The notes under the pieces are model-generated. The model worked only from the letters and a program-made list of their open reading frames with translations, was not told where the DNA came from and did no database searches. DNA of 59,637 bases from Octopus bimaculoides (Eukaryota). Numbering within the stretch: the first letter of the stretch is position 1; every line of letters starts with the position of its first letter. A program made the translations under genes and the position numbers. The DNA lies in contig NC_068997.1 of assembly GCF_001194135.2 (NCBI RefSeq), forward strand, positions 8,180,526-8,240,162, read 5' to 3'. This document shows, in pieces, positions 22,291-33,779 of this stretch.

Positions 22291-22525
22291 GTTTAACGTC
22301 CGCTTTCCATGCTAGCATGGGTTGGACGATTTGACTGAGGACTGGTGAAACCAGGTGGCTACACCAGGCTCCAATCTGATTTGGCAGAGTTTCTACAGCT
22401 GGATGCCCTTCCTAACGCCAACCACTCAGAGAGTGTAGTGGATGCTTTTTACATGCCACCGGCACGAAGGCCAGTCAGGGGGTACTGGCAATGGCCACGC
22501 TCAAAATGGTGAATTTTATGTGTTA
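22090..22525. mobile_element. Two RTE 3' UTR copies tail-to-tail (22090-22256 +, 22259-22525 -)
   Basis: catgccagcatggaa...ttaaatga followed by (CAT)n gtttaacgtccgctttccatgctagcatgggttggacg. Confidence 0.85.
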
Positions 22526-22702
22526 TTTTGTTTATGTATTTGGTTTGTAAAGATTCTTGATGTGAATTCATGTTGAAACCAAATCTCATTTTGTCTTGGG
22601 AGAGTCCTTATTCCAATCAGTGAGGAGGCATGTCATTGATGAAGTCACAAACAATGACAAACAAAGGGTTTTTACTAACAACTGACTGGTTGTCAACTAG
22701 AA

Positions 22703-22940
22703 CAGGGGTTTTCAAACTGTGGTCCGCAAGGACAAGACAGGGGGTCTGTAGACAGCAAATANNNNNNNNNNTTGATTTTATATATGTTTTTTAATTGACA
22801 ATAAACCTGTTTGTTAAATACTGTTAAATAAATAAATGTAAAAATATATGTTATTTTAAGCAAATATTTATGTATAAATTTCATAAGCGTTTATAAGGTA
22901 AAGCCTGAAATATACAAGTCAAAAAGTTTGAAAACCCCTG
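22703..22940. mobile_element. hAT (Charlie-like) MITE
   Basis: Perfect 16-bp TIR CAGGGGTTTTCAAACT / AGTTTGAAAACCCCTG; 8-bp TSD AACTAGAA at 22695-22702 and 22941-22948. Confidence 0.92.
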
Positions 22941-23142
22941 AACTAGAACATTAAATAAATGATCAATTAGTTAGTTGGTTAGATATTTAACCAACAATAA
23001 ACAAGTGATATTGAACCAGTGTGTGCTATTATTGGCACCATGACCCTTCCAAGACACAATAAGGTGTGTGTTACCTTGATAAATTGTACCCGTTTATATT
23101 GTAAATAATGCTTACCAAGAATTTTCGGTTCTTCATTTCCAG

Positions 23143-23333
23143 GTCATACACACGGTGGTCAAATGTTTCCCATGATGATAGGGGCCTATCTTATAAATCC
23201 CTTCTTTGCTGGACTATACCAGTACCAGGGACGCAGCTATGTCTATGTATCTGAGGGGACAGTGTACTGGGGTATACCGATGAGAATTGGTAGTTCTATG
23301 GAAATAACAGAAGTTCTTCTGACAAATAGATAA
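23143..23333 (+). CDS. TMPPE: TMPPE exon 5 (GHTH motif to stop)
   Basis: tttccAG|GT CAT ACA CAC: (G)[62 protein letters not shown]. Total CDS 772+111+169+140+191 = 1383 nt. Confidence 0.96.
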
Positions 23334-23597
23334 TAAAACGCAAAAACAAAAACAACAGGTAATTATTCTTAGAATTCTAATTAATATTTTATGTTCTCCC
23401 CACACACAGACAGGTGTATAAAGTATACCATTCTCTATCCTTTGTTTTGTCTCTCTCTTTGTTAAAAAAGCTTCTACTCATGTAAAATTCACACCCAAAA
23501 GTTTTCAGAGTTGTCAATATAGCCAGGAGAAAAAGGTTTTCAATTTATTTCATTAGATAAAAATAATTTCTGTTTAACAGGTATCACATTGAAAGCT

Positions 23598-23633
23598 ATT
23601 AAACTACAAAGTATTTGTGTTGTTTATAATAAA
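23598..23633 (+). terminator. Candidate TMPPE polyadenylation signals
   Basis: ATTAAA at 23598 followed by a GT-rich stretch, and AATAAA at 23628. Another AATAAA overlaps the stop (23332). Which one is used is not determinable from sequence. Confidence 0.35.
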
Positions 23634-23970
23634 CTTTATTTTACATTTCTTGCCCACAAGTCCTGTCTTTAGCATACTGCTGTATGTTTTCTCAAATCAT
23701 GTTCACAGGAAAAGTTGTTGATAAGAATTACCAACAAAAACAAAGTTGATGAAAATGCAAATTAAGTTTAATTACCAATAAACATCAGCTTGGATGACAC
23801 TTTACTCAACCGACAGAGGAAGGTGACTGATCAGATTGATTATGTAAACAGAATTCTTTTCCACTTATTCTTGTCGGAACCTTTGATACGGAGTATAGAA
23901 ATTTTAATCCCTTTCACACTTATAAAATGTCAAGCAAACTTAAAAATTTGTCATTACCATTATTGTCAGC

Positions 23971-24160
23971 ATGGGCAGAACTTATGAATCGTTTACTGTG
24001 AAGAAATTAAATATCTTGAATATGCAATTGAACATGGTAATAGAGCTGCCGGAAGGCATTTTAATATTAATGTAGCCAATGTTCGAAACTGGCGTAAATG
24101 GTATGACAAACTTAAAACTGTGCCTAGTAATAAACAGACAAAAGTAAAAACATATCCATA
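23971..24160 (+). pseudogene. pogo-like transposase N-terminal (Brinker-type HTH) relic
   Basis: MGRTYESFTVK, frameshift, KYLEYAIEHGNRAAGRHFNINVANVRNWRKWYDKLK; resembles the 'EHGNRAAGRxF...VRxWRK' motif of pogo/POGK proteins. Confidence 0.65.
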
Positions 24161-24631
24161 TCATTACATTTTTTTTTTTCAGTCAAGAATATCCATATCA
24201 CTATGTATGTCAATGGTGCTCCATTGTGTTAGGTAGAAACTCCAAGCAATATAAAATATGGCCTGGACTGTGATTACCAGTATGAACATCAGACGTCAAT
24301 AAGTAGTTTACCATTTAACGGTTTTAATAAATTTATACAGAAAAAAGTAAGCATTATACCATCCAGCATAAATCATTATATTTAAGCCATTATTTTTTCC
24401 GTAAAAACCTTTTCTGGCATTAAATGAGACAGCTTCTGGTTCGAATGTTTACATTTTGTACATCTTTTTCCAACAAAAAAAATTTCAAAAAAATTCTGGA
24501 AATGATCTACTCATGTCATTTACACTCTCACTGAAGTTTATTTTTATTTTTGTGGAAAAAGTGTGCAAATTACATGGGTTTTTACAATAATTGAAATAAC
24601 ACCTCGCATCCTCTTGTTGCATAATTCCTGG

Positions 24632-24889
24632 TACTGCAAGTGGTTGGCATTTGGAAGGGCATCTCGCTGTAAAAAGCATGCCAAAACTGACCTCACCTAT
24701 GCTGGTGCTACATAAAAAACCCTCAGTCCACTCTGCTGGGTGGTTGGTTTTAGGAAATGCATCCAGCTGTAAAAACCATGCCAAAACAGATGCTGAAGCT
24801 TGATGCAGTCTTCTGCCCAGCCACCTCCTATCAAACCATCCAGCCCATGCCAGCATGGAAAGCAAACATCAAATGATGATGATGATGAT
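24632..24889 (+). mobile_element. RTE 3' UTR copy
   Basis: gttggcatttggaagggcatc...cccatgccagcatggaaagc...(GAT)n. Confidence 0.8.
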
Positions 24890-25153
24890 TGCCAGCTCTC
24901 TACTCTAGGCAATTAACATGCTTCGTCTCCTGCCCCTCCAAATTGGCTATACAGGTGATGAATGCTATTCTCTTAAGAATATCCCATCAACATCAGTCAT
25001 GCAATCAAATCCTGCCATTCTACAATCTTTAAGTGGTTCACTCAGAGCAAAACAAGTGAAGAATGCTCCCTACAACAACTAAGAACATGTAACCTCCCAC
25101 CACAAATATTGATTGTAATAAGACAATCAAAAGCAAGATTCTTCCATACATAT

Positions 25154-25320
25154 AGGCACAAGCATATGGTTGTGGTAAGAAGCTGGCTTCTCAACTGCAT
25201 GGTTTGGGGTTCAATCCCACTGTGGTACATTTGGCAAGTGTCTTCTGCTATGGCCCCAGGTCAACTAAAGCCTTATGAGTGAATTTGGTGCATGGAAACT
25301 GAACTGAAAGAAGCCCATCA
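25154..25320 (+). mobile_element. SINE family A copy
   Basis: ggttgtggtaagaagctggc...ggttcaatcccactgtgg...aaagccttatgagtgaatttgg...aaagaagccc. Confidence 0.8.
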
Positions 25321-25324
25321 TAAG

Positions 25325-26166
25325 ATAGACTCCATCAAATGCCAGTAGGGAAAAACTAGAAGTAGTTAATAACTTCAGTTACCTAGGGGTGGAGGTTCTG
25401 AGAGCATATCTGCTAGAATAAGAATAGGCTGGGCAAAGTTCAGAGAGCCTGTACCTCTGTTGGTAACAAAGGGCCTTTCCCTCAGTGTGAAAGGCTGATT
25501 GTATGATGCCTCTATGCGAACAGCCATGTTACATGGCAATGAAACATGGGCTGTGACTGCTGAGGATATGCATAGGCTTGAAAGAAATGAAGCCAGTATG
25601 CTTCACTGGATGTGTAATATCAGTGTGCATGCACGACAGTGTAAACATCTTGAGAGAAAAGTTGAGCATAAGAGGAATAAGATGTGGTGCACAAGAGAGA
25701 CGACTCCATTGAACTGGTCATGTGATGTGGACAGTTGTGTGAAGAAGTGCCAATCTCTATCAGTGAAAGGAAGCTATGGAAGAGGGAGACCCAGGAAGAC
25801 ATGCGACAAGGTGGTTAAGCATGATCTTCAAATGTTGGGCCTCATGGAAGCAATGACTATTGACCAAGATCTTTGGCGATGTGTTGCATGTAAAAAGCAC
25901 CTTCCGTACGCTGGGCCTCACCTATCAAACTAAGTGAAATCATATTTGTGGCAAATATTGGTGCCATGCAAACTGATAACCATGCCAGTAGCACGTAAAA
26001 GCACTCATTACACTCTCAGAGTGGTTGGTGTTAGGAAGGTTACCCAGCCATAGAAACCATGCCAAATCAGACTAGAGTCTGGTGCAGCCCCTCAACATAC
26101 CAGCCCTAGTCAAACTGTTCAACCTATGCCAGCATGGGCAATGGATGGTAAATGATGATGATGATG
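25325..26166 (+). mobile_element. 5'-truncated, decayed RTE LINE (ORF C-terminus, 3' UTR, GAT tail)
   Basis: EKLEVV..F.YLG...RIRIGWAKFRE...LYDASMRTAMLHGNETWAVTAEDMHRLERNEASMLHWMCN...GRGRPRKT. Confidence 0.9.
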
Positions 26167-27678
26167 AGTCAACAGCGTTTTACATCTGTTTTCCATATTG
26201 GCATGTGTTGGACATGCACATATACAAGTGTATTTGTCTGTGTCCCCCACCAACGCTTTACAACCAGTGTTGGTTTGTTTATGTCCCCATAATTACCTCA
26301 TAATTATTTGGCAAAAGAAACCGATAGAATGAATACTAGGCTTGAAAGAAAAAATGTTCTGGAGTCAATTTGTTCAACTAAACCCTTCAAGGTGATGCTA
26401 CAGCATGGCCACAGTCCAACTAAACGGTAAGAAGAAAGATAAAAAGATATAAAAGACATCACTTGCCTTGCAAAGTCTCTTATGTCCCAAATTGCATGAG
26501 ACTATGGCAAGAGAGTCTCTATTAACTTTTGAAGAACACCCCTACATTCCACCTCTCTACTAAGATAGCACTTCTTAGCACTCTTTCTAGCAAAGCCACT
26601 GTATTTACTGTCTACTTCACTTCAAACTCCACTCATTCTAAATCTCCTTCCAACCTCTTCTTTTTGACATTTATCCAACAGTGTCTGTAAGAAGCCTAAA
26701 CCATTTCAACCAACCATTTTCTAAAATAGATTCAATATCTTATTTTCAGATGTGCATCTTGTGATCTCAAAGAATATCTTCTGAAACAATCTCAAACAAA
26801 AGAAACAAACAAAATGCTTTTGACATTCGTTTTACCATAAAAGAAAATGCTACTTGATGATCTCGCAGGTGTCAGAACAGGAATATGACCAACATAAACA
26901 GCAGCTGATTCTAAGAGTCATTTGCTATGAACACTGTGAAAGTCATGAGTCAACTAAATAATAGTATTGTGTGTGTGTGTGTGGACACATTTATGTGAAT
27001 GTGTATGTATATATGCATGTGTGTGTGTATGTTGTAAAACAACTCCCAGTGATCAAAGAATAATTCCTTTATATGAATCGATTAAGAAACTGAAACATTC
27101 CAGAACATTTCAGTGTTATATTGTTTGTAAATTTTAAATTATCATCTATGTGTCCTAGTAAATTATTTCATCTTGGTTAATCATATCTTTCCAAAACCTC
27201 ACTTCTACAGATTTACAGATTTTCCCATTTTTTTTTTAAGCAATTTGTGATTGTTATGGCTTCCTGCATTTTAAAAATACAAAAACCTCCTACAGTATAT
27301 TCATGTTATTTATGCAAAATATATTGTCTTTTTTAGTTCTTAAAACTTTAAATACTAATTGATCATCTAGTGTGTGTATGTGTTTGTATTTGCTTTTATT
27401 ATTTACAAAAGAAACCAATGGCGGCACTTATAGATTCCATTAAAAACCCTTATTGTTCTTTGCTAATTCATGGAACTCTGAAGAATCGGACTTCCTCGGC
27501 CAACTTCGCTGTCCATTTTTCACTCAAAAATATTTGGTTGCTCAATTTCAAACAGAATATCATGTGCATCAGCCTCACTAGTCTAGAAAAGTTTGTAATG
27601 AATGGTATTGTGCTTTTACCCCTTCCTCATGCTAAATAACAAAAAACAAACCTCCTGCTAGAGTTGTCCAAGCACTTC

Positions 27679-27719
<41 letters not shown>

Positions 27720-28955
27720 TAATTTTTTATGTATTTATTTGATTAATCTTTTTACCATTCATCTTCACTTCAGTTTTGATTTATCTGCTCATCAGTCATC
27801 TTCACATGCCACATTTTCTACAAACACTTTTTGGAATATACAGAGATGCATTTACATATACATTACACAATAACTCCGTCAAACATACAAACAGAGGAAT
27901 AAGGCTGTATACTAGAACTTGTATTGTTAACACAAGATATCAGTGGTCTTGTCTGACATGACAGTCTCATATAAGTGTTTTGGATCTTTTGGACTACAAA
28001 TAAAGGTTTGACAAGAAAATTTTGCTTATGTATATATATATATATATATATANNNNNNNNNNNNNNNNNNNNNNNNNNNNNNNNNNNNNNNNNNNNNNNN
28101 NNNNNNNNNNNNNNNNNNNNNNNNNNNNNNNNNNNNNNNNNNNNNNNNNNNNNNNNNNNNNNNNNNNNNNNNNNNAAAATAACCAATTTTCAATGTCAAA
28201 ATATAATAAATATAATTTATTATATTTATTATATTATATTTATTATTATTATTATATTTATTATATTTATTATATTTATCTTATGATATTTACTTTACTT
28301 TATATTATACTCATTTATTGTGCTTTTAATTATTAATTTTTCTATATGTGATAGTGGATTTTCATCGATGAGTTCTTGAAAATTGGTTATTTTCCCTAAA
28401 TCTATATATTTTATATATACTTTATCTATAAGGCTCAATTTAATTTTAATTTTTTATAAATTGATTTTAATTGAGTTTTTTACCTGTAATTTTGGATTTT
28501 ATCCCTAATATTATTATTATATATATATATATATATATAATCATTATCATCATTTCACATTCACTTCTCCATGCTTGCATGAGTCAGATGGAATTTGTCA
28601 AAGTTGATTTTCAATATCAGGATGTCCCTTTTGTTGCCAACCTTCGCTTATTTCCAAAGGTAACAAACTGGCAGAATCCTTAGCTCACCAAGCAAAATGC
28701 TTCCATTTCATCTGTGTACATTCTGAGTTCAAATTCTGCCAAAGTCAACCTTGTCTTTCATCCCTTTGGGGTTGATAAAACAAGTGCCAGTTAAGCACTG
28801 AGGTCAATATAATCCACTTATCTACTCCCCTAAAATTGCTGGCCTTGTGTCAAAATTCGAAACCAATATTTCACCATGGAAGACAGGAAACAAAGAACAC
28901 TGCTTTTTGAGATAGTGATTCTCATTTACACCCATCACATAATGTCAAGACAAAG

Positions 28956-28984
<29 letters not shown>

Positions 28985-28986
<2 letters not shown>

Positions 28987-29145
28987 AAACTGGTTTTTTT
29001 CAGTTTCCATCAACTAAATCTAGTCACAAAGCTCTGGTTCACCTAGGGTTATAGTAGAAGACACTTGCCCAAGTTGTCTCACAGTAGGATTGAACCCAAT
29101 ATATTATCGTTGGGAAACAAACTTTTTAACCACACAGCCAAGCCT
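28985..29145 (-). mobile_element. SINE family A copy
   Basis: tttcagtttcc...atagtagaagacacttgcccaag...ccacacagcca. Confidence 0.75.
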
Positions 29146-29695
29146 GCATTATATATGACGGACTCTCCTGTCAAAGATGATATATGAGCATTCAGCTTTC
29201 GGCCAAACAACCTGTCCAGATGATTTCTTTATAGTGATCAGATGTCTTTGCTGTATATTAGCTCACCACTCCCTCCCTCCCTCCCTCCCTCCACCAAATC
29301 GATGTTGCCTGAAGAGGTGCATTGTGTGCCACGTGTCAGATGTTGAAGTGATCACAGGGCAACATGAGATGAAGTGTTTTGCTCAAGGACACAACACACC
29401 GCCCGGTCTAGGGATTGAAACCACGATCTTGCAATCAGGAGNNNNNNNNNNNNNNNNNNNNNNNNNNNNNNNNNNNNNNNNNNNNNNNNNNNNNNNNNNN
29501 NNNNNNNNNNNNNNNNNNNNNNNNNNNNCAACACCTCAACCACTAGGCCATGCATCCTCAAGCATTAAATATATACACACACACACACACATATACACAC
29601 ACTTTTGAATGTTGATCCTGATGAGACATGAACATGTAATCTTCAGCTCTAGAGGCTGATGCCTTATTTATATATATATATACATATATATATAC

Positions 29696-29745
<50 letters not shown>

Positions 29746-31582
29746 TTATGATATTATAAAGTATTAGTGATCGGTGGGGATGTTCTGGTGGAAATTGTAA
29801 AACACCCAGATATGGTACTTCATGAAAGTGATATGGTAAAGTATAAAGAAATCCCTTTTTGACTTGGCCAAATGGAAATGTTTATAAGAGAGGTGCTATG
29901 GTCACTTGAGTTGTTTCAGTCTATGACTATTGCTGACATGGTACAGTGGAAATTAGCAAGGAGTCTTATGAGGTTTCAACTCAGAAACAGAGAGAGAGAG
30001 AGAGAGAGATGACACTTGAGACGAATGTTTGGAAACTGTAGATAAAAACTGTATGCTGTGAGGAAGGAGTATCTACTCCTTCAGCGGAGCTCTTCATTGG
30101 AGAGAGAGAGACGAAGTTTTTACCAGTATTGTGGGATAAATAGATTGGAAGTAGAAAGGTTAAAAGAACAATAGTATAACAGTGAAGAATAGAGTTGGGG
30201 ATAAAGAAAGAATGAGAGAGAAATAAGGAGAAGCATGTGTTTGTCGAGTGGATAAAAGTAAGTGAAGGCCAAAAAACAAATGCCAGTTGATTTGAAAAGC
30301 ATTGAGAGAGGAAGTGAGACTATAAGGAAACACAGACATACACCACCACCCCACACACACATACATGTGTGTGCACATGCATAAGCATTACATATAATAT
30401 GTATATTGGTACATGTTTTGTGTGTATGCATGTATATATTTAAGTAAGTTGTATGTGTGTGTGTGTGTGCATATCTATATATATATATATATATAATCAT
30501 AAATATATAGGGATTGACAGTAACCTGCTTCTCCAACATACTGAGAATTCAGAAATAGCAGTCAAAGAACTACTGATTTAAAAACTACAAATTATTACTC
30601 CAGATTGATAGCGATATTTTTGATACACACAGAACAAAAAACAATAGAGAAGAGTAAAAAACACTTGCCTTTAGTTAATTTAGTACAATTGTTTCACAGT
30701 TAAGAGTACATAATACTCTATTCTGATCTTCAGCTAAATATTCTAATAAATTTGTTAATGTCTANNNNNNNNNNNNNNNNNNNNNNNNNNNNNNNNNNNN
30801 NNNNNNNNNNNNNNNNNNNNNNNNNNNNNNNNNNNNNNNNNNNNNNNNNNNNNNNNNNNNNNNNNNNNNNNNNNNNNNNNNNNNNNNNNNNNNNNNNNNN
30901 NNNNNNNNNNNNNNNNNNNNNNNNNNNNNNNNNNNNNNNNNNNNNNNNNNNNNNNNNNNNNNNNNNNNNNNNNNNNNNNNNNNNNNNNNNNNNNNNNNNN
31001 NNNNNNNNNNNNNNNNNNNNNNNNNNNNNNNNNNNNNNNNNNNNNNNNNNNNNNNNNNNNNNNNNNNNNNNNNNNNNNNNNNNNNNNNNNNNNNNNNNNN
31101 NNNNNNNNNNNNNNNNNNNNNNNNNNNNNNNNNNNNNNNNNNNNNNNNNNNNNNNNNNNNNNNNNNNNNNNNNNNNNNNNNNNNNNNNNNNNNNNNNNNN
31201 NNNNNNNNNNNNNNNNNNNNNNNNNNNNNNNNNNNNNNNNNNNNNNNNNNNNNNNNNNNNNNNNNNNNNNNNNNNNNNNNNNNNNNNNNNNNNNNNNNNN
31301 NNNNNNNNNNNNNNNNNNNNNNNNNNNNNNNNNNNNNNNNNNNNNNNNNNNNNNNNNNNNNNNNNNNNNNNNNNNNNNNNNNNNNNNNNNNNNNNNNNNN
31401 NNNNNNNNNNNNNNNNNNNNNNNNNNNNNNNNNNNNNNNNNNNNNNNNNNNNNNNNNNNNNNNNNNNNNNNNNNNNNNNNNNNNNNNNNNNNNNNNNNNN
31501 NNNNNNNNNNNNNNACTGAGCTACCCGGCAGAATTGTTAATTATTAATTTTATTACTAATTGATGATTCCCTGCCCTGCATA

Positions 31583-31615
<33 letters not shown>

Positions 31616-32346
31616 TATTAATTAATGAGGGTAGAAATTGATATTAATCAATTAAAACCAGTGGTCTAGCATATTAAAAATCCGAAGATTAAAATTATAT
31701 TACATACAAAAATAACAGGAATGACCAGCAAAAGTGGACTCCTATTTGCTAGAAACAGATGCCGAATCATCTAACCACAAAAAAAATATGTTCTCAGTAA
31801 AAATTCAGCGACACAACAGTCTGTTGTGTTGCTAGCTAAAACCTTGCAAACCAAAGAACTGCAACAGTCACCATCAGCAAAAGATATACATTGTAGTTCA
31901 TGAGTTGGGGAAGGAAGAGAGGAATCCGACATTTTTGGACGGACCATTTGTGAGAGAAAGAGAGAAGAAAAGCCGAAGTCAAGTTTCAAGTGTCAGATTG
32001 CTTTTTTCCCCGTAACATACAAACTTTTCTAAACTCATAAACTTTTTTGTATATGTGTGTGTGTTACATATATATCCTTATCATCGTCATCATCGTCATC
32101 ATCATCTTAGCATGCACCTTTCCATGTTTACCTGGGTCAGATGGAGTTTATTGAGGCAGATTTTCTGCAGCTAGATGAACTTCCTGTTGCCAACCCTTGT
32201 TTCCAAGCAAGGTGATATTTCTCTATAAGCGGAAATGTTTTAGCAAAATATTGGAAATGAATGACCCTGCTTGTTTAACAGTGATGCTTGTTTACAGCTG
32301 TTAAGCTATATCAAGATAAGGATATATATAAACACACACATATGTA

Positions 32347-32432
<86 letters not shown>

Positions 32433-33029
32433 ATCATTTAATGTCTTCCTGGACAGTTTGACAGATAGATAGTTAAGGTGCAAGACCTAGTGATTAAGAT
32501 ATTGCATACATGATCGCCAGATCATGGGTTCAATTCCTGGACTGGGCAGTGTATTGTATTCTTGAACAAAATATTTCATTTCACATTGCTCCTCGGGTGG
32601 GAGAGTCACAGAATTGTTGGCACAGCAGCAGAGATGCTTTATGGCATATCTTCTGGTTCTCTACAGTCTGAATTCGACTCTCAGCTGCCTGGAGAGGGCA
32701 ACAGGAAACCACTCCAGTATTCATCCCAAATCTAGTCATGGAAGCTGAAATTCCTGTCATTTACTTAATGATGGCAGGGGAAGGTATGGGCCCTCCCAAG
32801 TCAGAGAGTACTGAAGACGGTTTACATGCACAGGACCTGCACAAGGGCAGACCACCACTCAACTATATATATATATTTGTATAATTTCATTTTATTTTAT
32901 TCCTTTGCAAGGAACATCAATTTCAGCTTAGTTCTGAATCTATTTTTCTTATTAATGTGTAATCTCACAACTTAATCATATTACATTGCCTTGTTTCCTC
33001 TCAGCTCAACAATAACTGCCATGCTTGTT

Positions 33030-33049
33030 ACTATTATTATTATTATTAT

Positions 33050-33102
<53 letters not shown>
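33030..33102. repeat. (ATT)n(AGT)n compound microsatellite
   Basis: Direct reading. Confidence 0.9.
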
Positions 33103-33779
33103 AATGTATTTTCGTTGTTAATTTTACAGTAGTTTTCATCAAACTTTTTTAGCAACATTAAAGAACACAGCAATAAATATGTCCACTATTTTATCCCCTT
33201 CTGATCATCCACCACCACTGCCACCTCTATGAAGGATGTACATGTTTTACTCCCCCTGGTAATTCATAACCACCCCTTCCTCCCGTGTATAAGTACAATG
33301 TATGTGTGTGTATGTCTGTGCGTGAGTGTGTGTATATATATATGTATACACACATATATATATATGTAGGTGACTATATGGGTATACATGTGTAATCTAT
33401 ATGTCTGGTATGTGTATATGTGAGGGTGCATATATATATATATATATGTGTGCGTGTATGTATACTTATGTATATTCATGAAGCATTGGTGGGTTATATA
33501 TGTGCACATTTAGATTCACCATTGCCTAAGGCCACTATGTGCCTAATCAAAAAATCCCCACTTCTTCCTCAACCCTTACTGCTCCCCTCACCTCTGCATG
33601 CAGTTCCTTGTACCAGAAGGTTTTATAGGGATGAGGGGAAAGTGTTATTCGTTGAATAACAAATACTTGTTTCACTGGATATGAGCAAATATGCTTTGTG
33701 TGTTGACATTCTTAAGATTTTTTCCAGATGCCAAAAGCAGTCCCCAATTACTGCCCCACTTTTCCAAAATCCAGTACCC

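Noticed and set aside
29618-29640. CTGATGA-G-ACATG-AA-CATGT hammerhead-like motif
   Set aside because: No GAAA after the stem, a 2-nt loop, and no stem I.
30752-31519. Long ORFs made mostly of X (also 27863-28336, 44853-45554, 49517-50469, 55852-56526)
   Set aside because: Artefacts of N gaps; only the RTE-coding flanks are real.
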